Of a stretch of 64,000 nt of DNA, positions 14,370 to 24,867 are shown in pieces. The DNA comes from Eledone cirrhosa (Eukaryota). Positions within the stretch are counted from its first letter, which is position 1, and each line of letters begins with the position of its first letter. The DNA lies in NCBI GenBank assembly GCA_964016885.1, contig OZ024740.1:350982001-351046000 (forward strand). The letters run 5' to 3'. Made by a program: the position numbers and the translations under genes. The notes under the pieces were generated by a model that saw nothing but the letters and a program-made list of their open reading frames with translations, was not told the origin of the DNA and searched no databases.

Positions 14370-16165
14370 AATAACAACAACTCCAGAAAATGTAACTGTT
14401 TAATTAAACCAAACTGCCCTTTACAAAATAATTGCTTAGACAAAAACGTAATTTATAAATGCACAGTTAAAACTAGAGAGAAAATATTTACCTATATAGG
14501 TGTCACTTCTACAAAATTCAAAGAACGCTGGTACAACTACAAACAAACATTTAGTAGGTCCGATAAAAAATCTTCCACTTCACTTTCACATCTAATTTGG
14601 AATTTAAAGGACAACAATATTGACTATTCAATATCTTGGGGAACAATTTCGAAAGCACCTGCATACCGAAATATGGCTTTCTCAAGAATCTGTCATTTGG
14701 GTATCGAGAATTTTTTTATATAATTAACTGTCAAAACTCTATTAATTTAAAAACAGAATTATTTTCTAGTTGCAGACATCGCCAAAATTCCACTTTCCGA
14801 AGTATTTTTAATCTATGATATTCATTACACTTGACTATATCTTATTCACCTTTAAAATGATCCTATTATTTACTGAGGTTTTCTTAAAAAATTTAAAATT
14901 TAGTATTTTTACCATTTGATATTCTTTTCCTAATGATACACTTCTTAATCTATATTTTAGATGTAGATTGATAATATTTAATTGACATTCTGAAAGATAT
15001 CCTCTTTAAGATAGTTTCTTCGAAATGCACTCTTGACTTATCTAATAATACTTTTTTTTTTCCTCTTTTTAATCTTCAAACTTTTCACACATCTTTCGAC
15101 GTAAATAATATGTAATTGAAATTCTCATCCTTGATAAACATATAATATAAAATACCTTATAATCTCACACAAAATAATATATAATTTTCTCTACATAATT
15201 TCTGAGTAAATCTTTCATAAAATTTAATGGTTAGGAAATAATATTGGAGTTATCTTTTCCTTTACAATTGAGCAAACATAGACATGATAATTTTTATGAT
15301 AAACTATATAACCTCGCTAAATCAACAATATTCTGAAAACATTTTCAATGTTGGAACAAAATATTTGAATCTACAAATTGTTCTCCTCTTACAACTTGAA
15401 CTACGTCTTTTTCTTAGATTTTTTTAATGTAAAATGTAAAATCAACATCCTTCGTAAATCATATGAGAAATATAAACAATTAATAATTGTGGTTTATTTC
15501 TATAAAATCACCAATAATACTTATACTTGCACAATTTTTAATCCATATAGATATTTATATACTTACAACCTGTTGTAATGTAATAACATAACATGTACTT
15601 ACAACCATAATTCTTCATATAATCTAATTCATTATATATACAATATTATAACTCATAATATAGCTAATTATTTTTTTTTAATTCTGGAATCATATTCCAC
15701 ATTTCCTACAAACTGTTAATTATTTTTAAATTAACGTAAATACAAGCTCTTCTTTCTTTCTCTTTCTTCTTCCTACACATACATACGTATATCCTAATAA
15801 TTATTTAAATCTACCTAGCGTCGAAAAGTAACGTTTTTTAAGCTCTATACCTCAACCTCATTTCCATACTCATCTTAATAATTTGAAATATTTGACTTTT
15901 CTTCTCTTTCCCTTCTTTCCTTTACTATCCAGGAAAAAACTTGAACCGTTAAGATTTCTTCCTGGTTATGTCAATATTTATAAAACAAACCTTGTATTTT
16001 ATCTGATGAGAGCGCACCAAAGCTTTGGTACCCTTGAAATATATATAATAGAATAAATATGGTTTTATAAATATAGTTTCCATGTATTTAATATCATTGA
16101 ATATTATCAGGGCTTCGAATCAGTTATAAACATTTATATTTGTTGAATTACCAACAAATTAAATA
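14370..16165 (+). mobile_element. Family F Naiad-type PLE 3' part: GIY-YIG (about 14372-14815, mostly absent from ORF track), long AT-rich 3'UTR, pLTR with HHR-like motif at ~16003
   Basis: RKCNCLIKPNCPLQNNCLDKNVIYKCTV...YIGVTSTKFKERWYNYKQTF...SLSHLIWNLKD..SCRH; CTGATGA..CCAAAGCTTTGG..GAAA; ends in (TA)n. Confidence 0.85.
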
Positions 16166-16175
16166 TCCCTTTTGC

Positions 16176-16210
<35 letters not shown>

Positions 16211-16694
16211 AATAATTAAATGCTCCTTTAAAGTTGCCGATGAAATAAATAATCACATGAAACGAAGCAACGGATTGGCCGTAAATATCCACTTCAATGT
16301 GACTACTAAGCTTACAAAAGGACCGAACTTATATACGGGATGTTTATGAAAGAGATTTGAAGGCCTTTCCCTCTACATTTTTAAGTTTATAACAATCGTC
16401 AAACACTCAGCCCCAGCAAAAACATTGGCTGAAATTTATATGATTCTAGCTTACATTAGCCTCAACAAAGACGGCGAGATATGTAATCTTGATAAAGGCT
16501 AATATTCTCCTATTTTACCGAAACTGGATGTGTGACCCTGACCACAACCTTAAAAGTTCATAGCGTTAGTTCCACAATAAAATATCGAACCATACTTGAG
16601 ATCACATTTCGGGTAAAACCCGTTTTCTCAAGTATGGTTTATTAATTTGATGTGGAATACCCTCGCTTTCTCTCTCACTCTCTTTCTCTCTCTC

Positions 16695-16786
<92 letters not shown>

Positions 16787-16788
<2 letters not shown>

Positions 16789-16980
16789 GAAAAAGTATGA
16801 CCACGACGGCAGAGCTCAAGCCGTTTCGACGGCTATTTCTGGATAGAAATAGCCGTCGAAACGGCTTGAGCTGTGCCGCCGGGGTCATACTTTTTCCTAT
16901 TTACCACTCTACTACCCTAAGTATTGCGTACTCAGGTGCGTTATGGTCCATCTGGTTCCTTACCACAATTCCTTCGTTAT
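16787..16980. mobile_element. Family D fold-back element (arms ~16787-16840 / 16850-16900, tail to 16980)
   Basis: Inverted repeat between (TA)n; same family at 10442-10540, 29251-29666, 36506-36670, 49217-49271. Confidence 0.85.
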
Positions 16981-17056
16981 ATATATATATATATACATAA
17001 GAATTGCAGCTTTTTGTAAACTTTAACCTATATATATATATATATGTATACATATA

Positions 17057-17149
<93 letters not shown>

Positions 17150-17564
17150 CAGCCATGTAGAGCGATGAAAATATTTGTTAGTTATTTGACTATGGCAAAG
17201 CCGGCCATTAATCGCTTGTACACATAAAACTGACTGGTATATTTGCTGATATGCAAATTTGGGTGATCAGTGGATCTGCTAATATGCAAATAAGGCCGAT
17301 AAGTGATTGTATATTCCAGAAAATATATATTTCCACTAGCTCTGACAGTTGGCAGGTAAACAGTACGGTACTGATTAAGAGTAATAACCCAGAAAAATTA
17401 GTGTTTGCCGTTCTGTTTATATGCCCAACACAAGATCAAGAATGACGAGGTCACTCTACTCACATGGCTTAAGAGGCTGTTTGCATAATTGCAAACGAAT
17501 TGAATATTATTAATAATATTCAAAAAACTCAGATTTACATTTCTTATATATATATATATATATA

Positions 17565-18180
17565 TCGAATCTAGATAATTTATGTTTGTATTATTCTCCA
17601 GACTCTAGCTATTGACCAGTTAATTTTCTTGATTTTTTAGTTGATTCTATTGACTGATGAATAGCTTATGTTAATTTTAACCCTTCTGTTGAGAACTCTA
17701 TTCGATTTGTGATGTTTTTGCATTCTTGCAAAAACATACACAACTGAATTCATTTGCCTGATATAGGGGTTGCCTTCCTTGCCGATCCCCACGTGGGGTC
17801 AGCAATAGTCAGTCCTTGTATTAACATTGAACTAAAGCCTGTTGAGAAAGTGGCTTCCTTGTTCAATCATCTTACCAGAAGCCTGACATTTTTTATGTAA
17901 GCGGACGGTACTTGATTTAGGAGCCGCAGAAACCCATATACTGGATTTTACCAACCTTCCAGAGGTCCGGATAAATTTTCAATACCCGAATTACTTGATT
18001 GTTTTTTTGCTATGCGAATGATTGTTTAACCATCGTCTCAGTGTGTTTGGCTTTTAACGTTTGTTATAGCTCTGGTTCATCTGAATCATTGAGCACTTGC
18101 CGCACATCTCGGAGGTTGTTTTTCTCGTTGTTTCGTGGGTCGAAATGCGAATCTCAATAATTTATGTTTGTTTTTATTTA
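17565..18180 (+). repeat. Family H ~600-bp (TA)n-flanked repeat with short terminal direct repeat
   Basis: CGAATCT..ATAATTTATGTTTG at both ends; homologous to reverse complement of 22660-23340. Confidence 0.65.
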
Positions 18181-18251
18181 TATATATATATATATAAGAA
18201 ATGTAAATCTGAGTTTTTCGAATATTATATATGTATATATATATATATATA

Positions 18252-18281
18252 TCATTATCTATAAAAGGCAGATTGTTGTTG

Positions 18282-18368
<87 letters not shown>

Positions 18369-18695
18369 TTCCATGCTTATACATTCGCACAATTTCAAAC
18401 CGATTCGACTCAAAGTCCGTATGAATGTTGTAAATGGTCTAACTTAAATCAACGACTATTTATTCTTTTCCAACTCACCCACAATTACGGAAATAATCGA
18501 TAAAACTAAATACATGACGCTTTACCCCTCTAATACAATCTGATAACCTCTCTCTACTCCTCTTAAAATTCGATAAAACTACATACATGCTGCAACTTTC
18601 TCTTATATACGCTTAAACCCCCCCCCCCCCCACCCCCTCTCCTTACAAACTTCCTTTAGGAACTCGGGAGAAAGAGGAAAGAAAGAAATGAAGGC

Positions 18696-18729
<34 letters not shown>

Positions 18730-19435
18730 GAGAGAGAGAGAGAGTGAGAGAGAGCGTTTGTTTTTGAGTGTGGAAAGGTCAAACATTTATTTACTTCAAT
18801 GACAACGAAGAGAACTTATTACATTTCATACCAAACAACAATTATTCAAAAGCAACAGATAAATTTATTCAACAACAAAAATAGCGATAAATCTTTTTAA
18901 AAACATCTCTCAACGAACGTGGAAGAAAGAAGTATCAGTTTATTTACTATACACAAAAATATCCTCTACGAGGTCACTAAACCTGCTAGAAACAGCAGCT
19001 AGCTCTCCTCCATATCACACCCTTGCTTACTGTCTTAAATTTAGAAAACACATATCCTCTATGAGGTCACTAAACCTGCTACAAACAGCAGCTAACTCTC
19101 CCCAATATCACATCCCTCCCTACTGTCTTAAATTTAGAAAACACACATTAGACAACCATGCAGAACAACTCCATCGCAGCTCTGTTGTTCGGCTGGCATC
19201 GTCTACGCGCGTGTTGCGCAAGAACTGTGAAACAATAAATTTCAACACTTCTTTGCACAGATAATCCATAGGCGAAACTACAATTGTCACTGCTGACGCA
19301 GCTCCTGTTCGGCAGTACAGGTCTGCAATTCAATCACCCAGTATCTGGCAGACAAAAAAGTACTGCCATAAAATGGGTGGTGCAACCTAACTTTGGTAAC
19401 TTACCGACCCGAGCAACGCCGGACTTTAATTCTAG
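18252..19435 (+). mobile_element. Non-autonomous Helitron
   Basis: A|TC 5' start followed by (GT)n; 3' GC-rich subterminal CCCGAGCAACGCCGG then CTAG|T; same 3' end at 62023-62051. Confidence 0.75.
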
Positions 19436-19449
19436 TATATATATATAAG

Positions 19450-21299
19450 GATTTTTCTATACCTATGGTTGGGTGGGAAGTTCTACTCTAAGGCTTCGAA
19501 GAATATCAGGGGTATGTTAGAGGCCACACTCCGAGAGTAGGGGATGGGGGACCATAGGAGGTTACAGTGGCGATTACGTGTCCTTGTACGTTTGCTACAG
19601 GTGGTTCCATCAAGGTAACCGTTCTTATGCATGTTAATGCGTTGTAGCCCGTTACGTGCCCCTTTCACTTTATGTTCGGGTACACACTTCTTCCTTCTTC
19701 TATGTTTATGTACAGGAAGATGTTAGTTGGAAGGCGCTGGTAGAAGGCCGTCGCCTTTGTTGATTTTATAGTAGGGGAATAATTCGAGTAGGCTACAGTG
19801 GTCACTGTCACCGGGGCCGTGATCTTTATTGTGTGGTAAGTTACCTATACCATCGCCAGTGTAATTAACGTTGCGGCCGTGTTCCTTAGTGCGATTATCT
19901 ATACTATTATATCCGACTCCTTCGAAGTCACCGCGTAATCGGTTATAGGTATGGCTTACTATAACGTTCGTCTTATGAGGGGGGTGGTTTCTAGATCTAG
20001 CGTTAGGGATGTAGGAAATTCCTCGGTTAAAGCCAGCGCTTATCAAGGCCCTATTGTAGTAATCTGCTGCTTGGTTGAAGATATCCTCAATTGCGGAGAG
20101 CCTCGAGATTCTATGTGAGATGCTATAGACTATGGAGGTGAGAGTCTGCTTAGGGTGGTTGGAGGCATAATTAATATAAGAAAGGCACTCTCCAGGCTTA
20201 TGGTATGGCTTATATAGGCCCGTACTCAACTCCAGGGTCACGTCCAGGAAGTTGACAACCTGATGGTTGAGGTCTATAGTTACGGATAGGCCGTATGACT
20301 TGAAGAACCTGTGTATATGCTTGTTAAGGTTCTCTATCCTACGAGGGCTATGGTTCCTAACGGTAAACAGGGCATCGTCCCTATATACACCTCCTTGTAG
20401 GGCCGGTATCTCGTCCCTAAGTTTATGGAGGAGGTATATTCCGACCAGGTCAGTTGCTTGCGCTGAGTCTCTGGACCCCATCGTGATATCGAAGTTATCA
20501 GGACGGTTGGTTCTGGTCCAGTGGGAGCCTTCGAACTGGATGAACTTCAGGGTCGCTTTATCAGGCAACTCGGTGAACCAATTTATGACCTGGTCGGTGT
20601 TGTCCCAGAGGCAGACCTTAGCCTTTCTATTAAGCTCCAGTAGTACTCTATCGAGGATCACTTTACTAATCTTACCTATATCAGATGTAGAGGGACATAT
20701 TAGTCTAATAGAGGGGCTTTCATTAAAGTTACAATTGTGATGCTTAAGAGAGAATCTAGGCGTCAGAGGGACGTACGGGTTAGTGTACTTTTCTATTTCT
20801 AAGCTGGTAACTATATCCTTCCCTACTCTATTTATGTTATTTAGGGTACTAAAGGGTGTCTTTTTGTAGTCTTTGTGTAGTTCCTTATAAATGAATTTTT
20901 ATACTTGCCCGCGTCCATCTTGTACAGCTTCTTGGTTTTGTCGGAGATGACGAAGAGGTGCGGGTCATTCTTGATCTTAGTGATGAGTGTATCAAGAGAC
21001 GTTAAGAATGGATTGCTGCATCGGTGTTTCTTTCTGAACTTAACGTGTCTGATCATTTTCAGCAGATCCTCCTCAAAAGAGTCTAGTAAGGTGTTGTATG
21101 GTGGGTTTCGGTATGTTTTGAAGCCATACCTCTCTTTAAGTTCAGGAAGGTTATGGGTGTTCTTATCCAGGTGGTAGGCTTTCCATCTGACTTTCCGTAT
21201 AAACGAGTTAGTAGCGTCTATAAGTTGTTTGATGTAGGTTTTTCTGCTGGGTAAGGGGATACACTTGAGAGACATGGGTAACGGCTGGTTCTCCATCAT
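19450..21299 (-). pseudogene. PLE reverse transcriptase ORF, frameshifted, internally deleted around motif A and 3'-truncated
   Basis: SLKCIPLPSRKTYIKQLID..FIRKVRWKA; SDIGKISKVILD; FDITMGSRDSA; GVYRDDA; VNFLDVTL; YKPYHKP; SNHP; W..IPYS..NFPPNH. Confidence 0.88.
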
Positions 21300-21704
21300 T
21301 ATGGCAAATAAAGTGAGATGCTCTACAAAAGGAGCACGGTAATAGAGTATTTACGTATCGAGAGAGAGAAAAAAGGAAGGATAGGTGATACATGTAGTTA
21401 TTTGCCAAATAGCGTATGCAGAAGGTGCTCAATACTAGTGCCGGCAGTATTAAATATTAGAAGTGTTAATATTTAGTGGGCGAGAGAGTCAGCAGAGCGT
21501 AAGCACGTGGAAAAGTAAGAAATCGGAGGACAGACCGTTAATACATGTTTATTTAAAACAGCACCTACGTACGTTTCGCCCAATTGGGCTTCTCAAGGGC
21601 ATAAATAACCAAAAGTGTTCCTTACATGGCCCGGTGCTGTTTTAAATAAACATGTATTAACGGTCTATTCTCCGATTTCTTACTTTTCCTCAACCACCTC
21701 TACA

Positions 21705-22020
21705 TACCTCTGGCCCGTTCAAAATTAGATTTCGAACACATCTCCACTCTTCACAAATAAGAAATTAAGACACTCCACTTTGCTCGCAGACTACATCACA
21801 TCATTAAAAGACTTAAACATCAGCTTCTCCACGCACTGGGATATTGTCGGAAGGGCTGCACCGTACAACTTCAAGAGGAAGTGCGATCTTTGACTCATGG
21901 AGCTCTACCACATCATAACTGCACCCCACGAGCTCATCAACAGCAGAGCTGAAACAACGTTGAGCTGGACACATCGCTTAAAAATATCCTTCTTCAGATG
22001 GGATAAGGATGAGGAGTGAA
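21705..22020 (+). pseudogene. PLE GIY-YIG C-terminal fragment (frameshift; in-frame TGA at a Cys position)
   Basis: TSGPFKIRFRTH..STLLADYITSLKD..HWDIVGRAAPY..KCDL*LMELYHII..LINSRAE. Confidence 0.8.
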
Positions 22021-22380
22021 TCCGTGTACCGGATCTACCTGCAACAAGCTTTAACACCCCGGCAAAAAACATCCAGGAAACTAACCATGCATCCCAGACC
22101 CAGCTTCAAATGACCCAGGCGGGCAGGTGCATATAAACAAACGTCTCAAAATAAGCGTTGATTACCTGACCCTGTACGTATCGACAATGGTAAGGTTGTA
22201 ACCACATCTTGTAACGGATAAAACATTTCTCCGGGAAAGACTGCCCTAACACCGGCCAGAGTTACCTCCTTGACCTACTGCAAAATCAAAACACGCTTTT
22301 TTTGCGAAGAATGAACTATGACGTGAACTTAACCCCCAAAACACTTTCCGGGCCATGTAAGGGACACTTTTGATTATTTA

Positions 22381-22420
22381 TGCCCTTGAGAAGCCCAACT
22401 GGGCGAAACGTACGTAGGCA
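22381..22420 (+). ncRNA. Hammerhead variant (UUGAGAA core); antisense copy ~21562-21601
   Basis: TGCCC-TTGAGAA-GCCCA ac TGGGC-GAAA-CGTACG-TA-GGCA; stem I register imperfect. Confidence 0.65.
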
Positions 22421-22659
22421 CTGTTTTAAATAAACATGTATTAACGGTCTGTTCTCCGATTCTTACTTTTCCACGTGCTTACGCTCTGCTAACTCTCTCG
22501 CCCACTAAATATTAACACTTATAATATTTAATACTGCCGGCACTAGTATTGAGCACCTTCTGCATACGCTATTTGGCAAATAACTACATATATCACCTAT
22601 CCTTCCTTTTTTTCAATCTCGATACGTAAATACTCTCTCTCTCTCTATATATATATATA

Positions 22660-23337
22660 TACAAATATAAATTTAGCGAGAATCGCATTTCGGCGAGTAG
22701 AAATTAGCGAAACGCAACCTCCGATTTGTGTTGGCAAGCGCTCCATGGACCAGAAGAGACGAGAGTCATAAACATAAGTTATAAAGGCCATACAAACTGA
22801 GACGGCGGTTAAGAAGCTATTAACCACCTAAACCCCCCAAAAAACGAGCAAGCTAAGCGGGTCAAACAAAATATGATATGATTGAAATATTTACCCGGCC
22901 CCATGGAAATGATGGTAAAATCCAATACAGGTTTTCTGCGACACCTAAATCAATAATACTGTCTGCTTAAAAAAATAAGCATTTGGTATAATATCGAACA
23001 AGGATATCACGTTCTCAACAGTCATTTTGTTCTGCCCCAGGATGAGAATCTCACAGTGTTTTGAAAGCACATGTGAACTCTAAAGGGGAGAAAACCCCAT
23101 GTTTTGGCAAATGAATTCAGCATGTGTAGTCAATGCAAAAATTGCAAAAATAGCACAAAACGAATTAAGCTCTCGACCGGGTAGTTTTTAAAATATACTT
23201 AAGCAATTAATCAGTCAATAGATTTAACTAAAAGTTTGTGTTGGCAAGCGCTCCATGGACCAGAAGAGACGAGAGCAATAAACATAAGTTATAAAGGCCA
23301 TACAAACTGAGACGGCGGTTAAGAAGCTATTAACCAC

Positions 23338-23340
<3 letters not shown>
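22660..23340 (-). repeat. Family H copy with ~102-bp direct repeat (22727-22828 / 23236-23338)
   Basis: Near-identical direct repeat; diverged homology to 17565-18180. Confidence 0.7.
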
Positions 23341-23388
<48 letters not shown>

Positions 23389-23932
23389 GATGGAAAACAA
23401 GGATGAAGAAATTTAAGAAATTGTATTTGTCTAGTCGATGTTTCATAACCTGTAACTTCAGAAGACTTCATAAAATAAAACAATGATATATGAAAACAAG
23501 TAATTTCAAGAAAAGTTTCCCTGTATCACGAATATTTCATTATAACTCTAACATTTTTGTATATATCTATGAAGTCTCCGAAAATACAGGATTAAATGAA
23601 GCTAATACTTAATAACAAATTCGTCGGGTCAGTGCTCAGAATGTAATATATAGACATATTTCTATATATTAATAATAGGACTTGGGATAGCTTTTCTCTA
23701 TTTTCATTTTTGATCTCTTTTTTCTTAAAACATGTGTAAGACAAATAAAATGTTTTAAATCATTTCATCTTGGTTTTCTATTCATTATTATTTATGTCGT
23801 CTGCATTCATACAACACGTCAGATTTGTTTACTTGAAGTTCAATTCCTAATACTATACGGATTATATCTGTGATGAATAGATTCTATTTTGCTTTTGTTG
23901 TTGTTTGGACTTTTACACACACACACACACAA

Positions 23933-24093
<161 letters not shown>

Positions 24094-24098
24094 AATAA

Positions 24099-24179
<81 letters not shown>

Positions 24180-24184
24180 GAAGA

Positions 24185-24590
24185 GATTCTACAGGACTAG
24201 AACTGTTTCATTCGTGAGAAATCATCAGGAAGCTGGCTGTCCAAGTAAATGGTAGTATTTATGTCTTTCCTTATCTGGTGGTAGGAGAGGGTGGGGATTG
24301 GGATGGGTGTAGGTCATTGGTTGAAGGATTTAAAGAAAGTGGATTCATTAAAAGCTAATTCTTTAAAGCTATAATATTAACAAAGGCAGAAAGAATACCG
24401 TAAACAAGTTCAAAATTGGAATACCAATCCTTGTTTATCACTTAAAGTTACAATGCCTGTAAGACAGGTGTCTACAGGATGGGTGCGGTTCAATGGTTTA
24501 AAGAAAGTGGAAATTCTTTTGAGGGTGACAAATGCAGAAAAGGTTCCATCAACAGATTCAAGTGCTGGGGTGAGCCCCCTAAAGTGAAGT
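24185..24590 (-). mobile_element. Family C PLE-like 3' end
   Basis: Reverse complement closely matches 34225-34550. Confidence 0.8.
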
Positions 24591-24779
24591 TTCTCTTAAT
24601 ATATATTCCAGGTGTCAACAAACACATTCACATACGCGCCCACTTATACACGTACACACACTTACACGCACGTACACACATGAAGGCACACACACAACAA
24701 ACATACATAATGGTACATACACACATGCATACATACAAATACATACATACATGCACATATATATGTGTACATACATACG

Positions 24780-24841
<62 letters not shown>

Positions 24842-24867
24842 AATATGTATATATATATACATATATA

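Larger units (their letters stand above)
19445..22640. mobile_element. Family G Naiad-type Penelope element, head-to-head: pLTR+ORF (N-terminus, RT, linker) on minus; GIY-YIG end+3'UTR+pLTR on plus
   Basis: Inverted pLTR 21341-21634 / 22348-22635; Naiad-type protein motifs; (TA)n flanks. Confidence 0.88.

Noticed and set aside
17146-17475. MITE with TIR CAGCCATGTAGAGCGA / TCACTCTACTCACATGGCT
   Set aside because: TIR match is gapped and short, with no TSD or second copy in the window
22000-22350. SECIS element downstream of the family G endonuclease
   Set aside because: No AUGA/GA quartet with a correctly spaced apical AA was identifiable by eye
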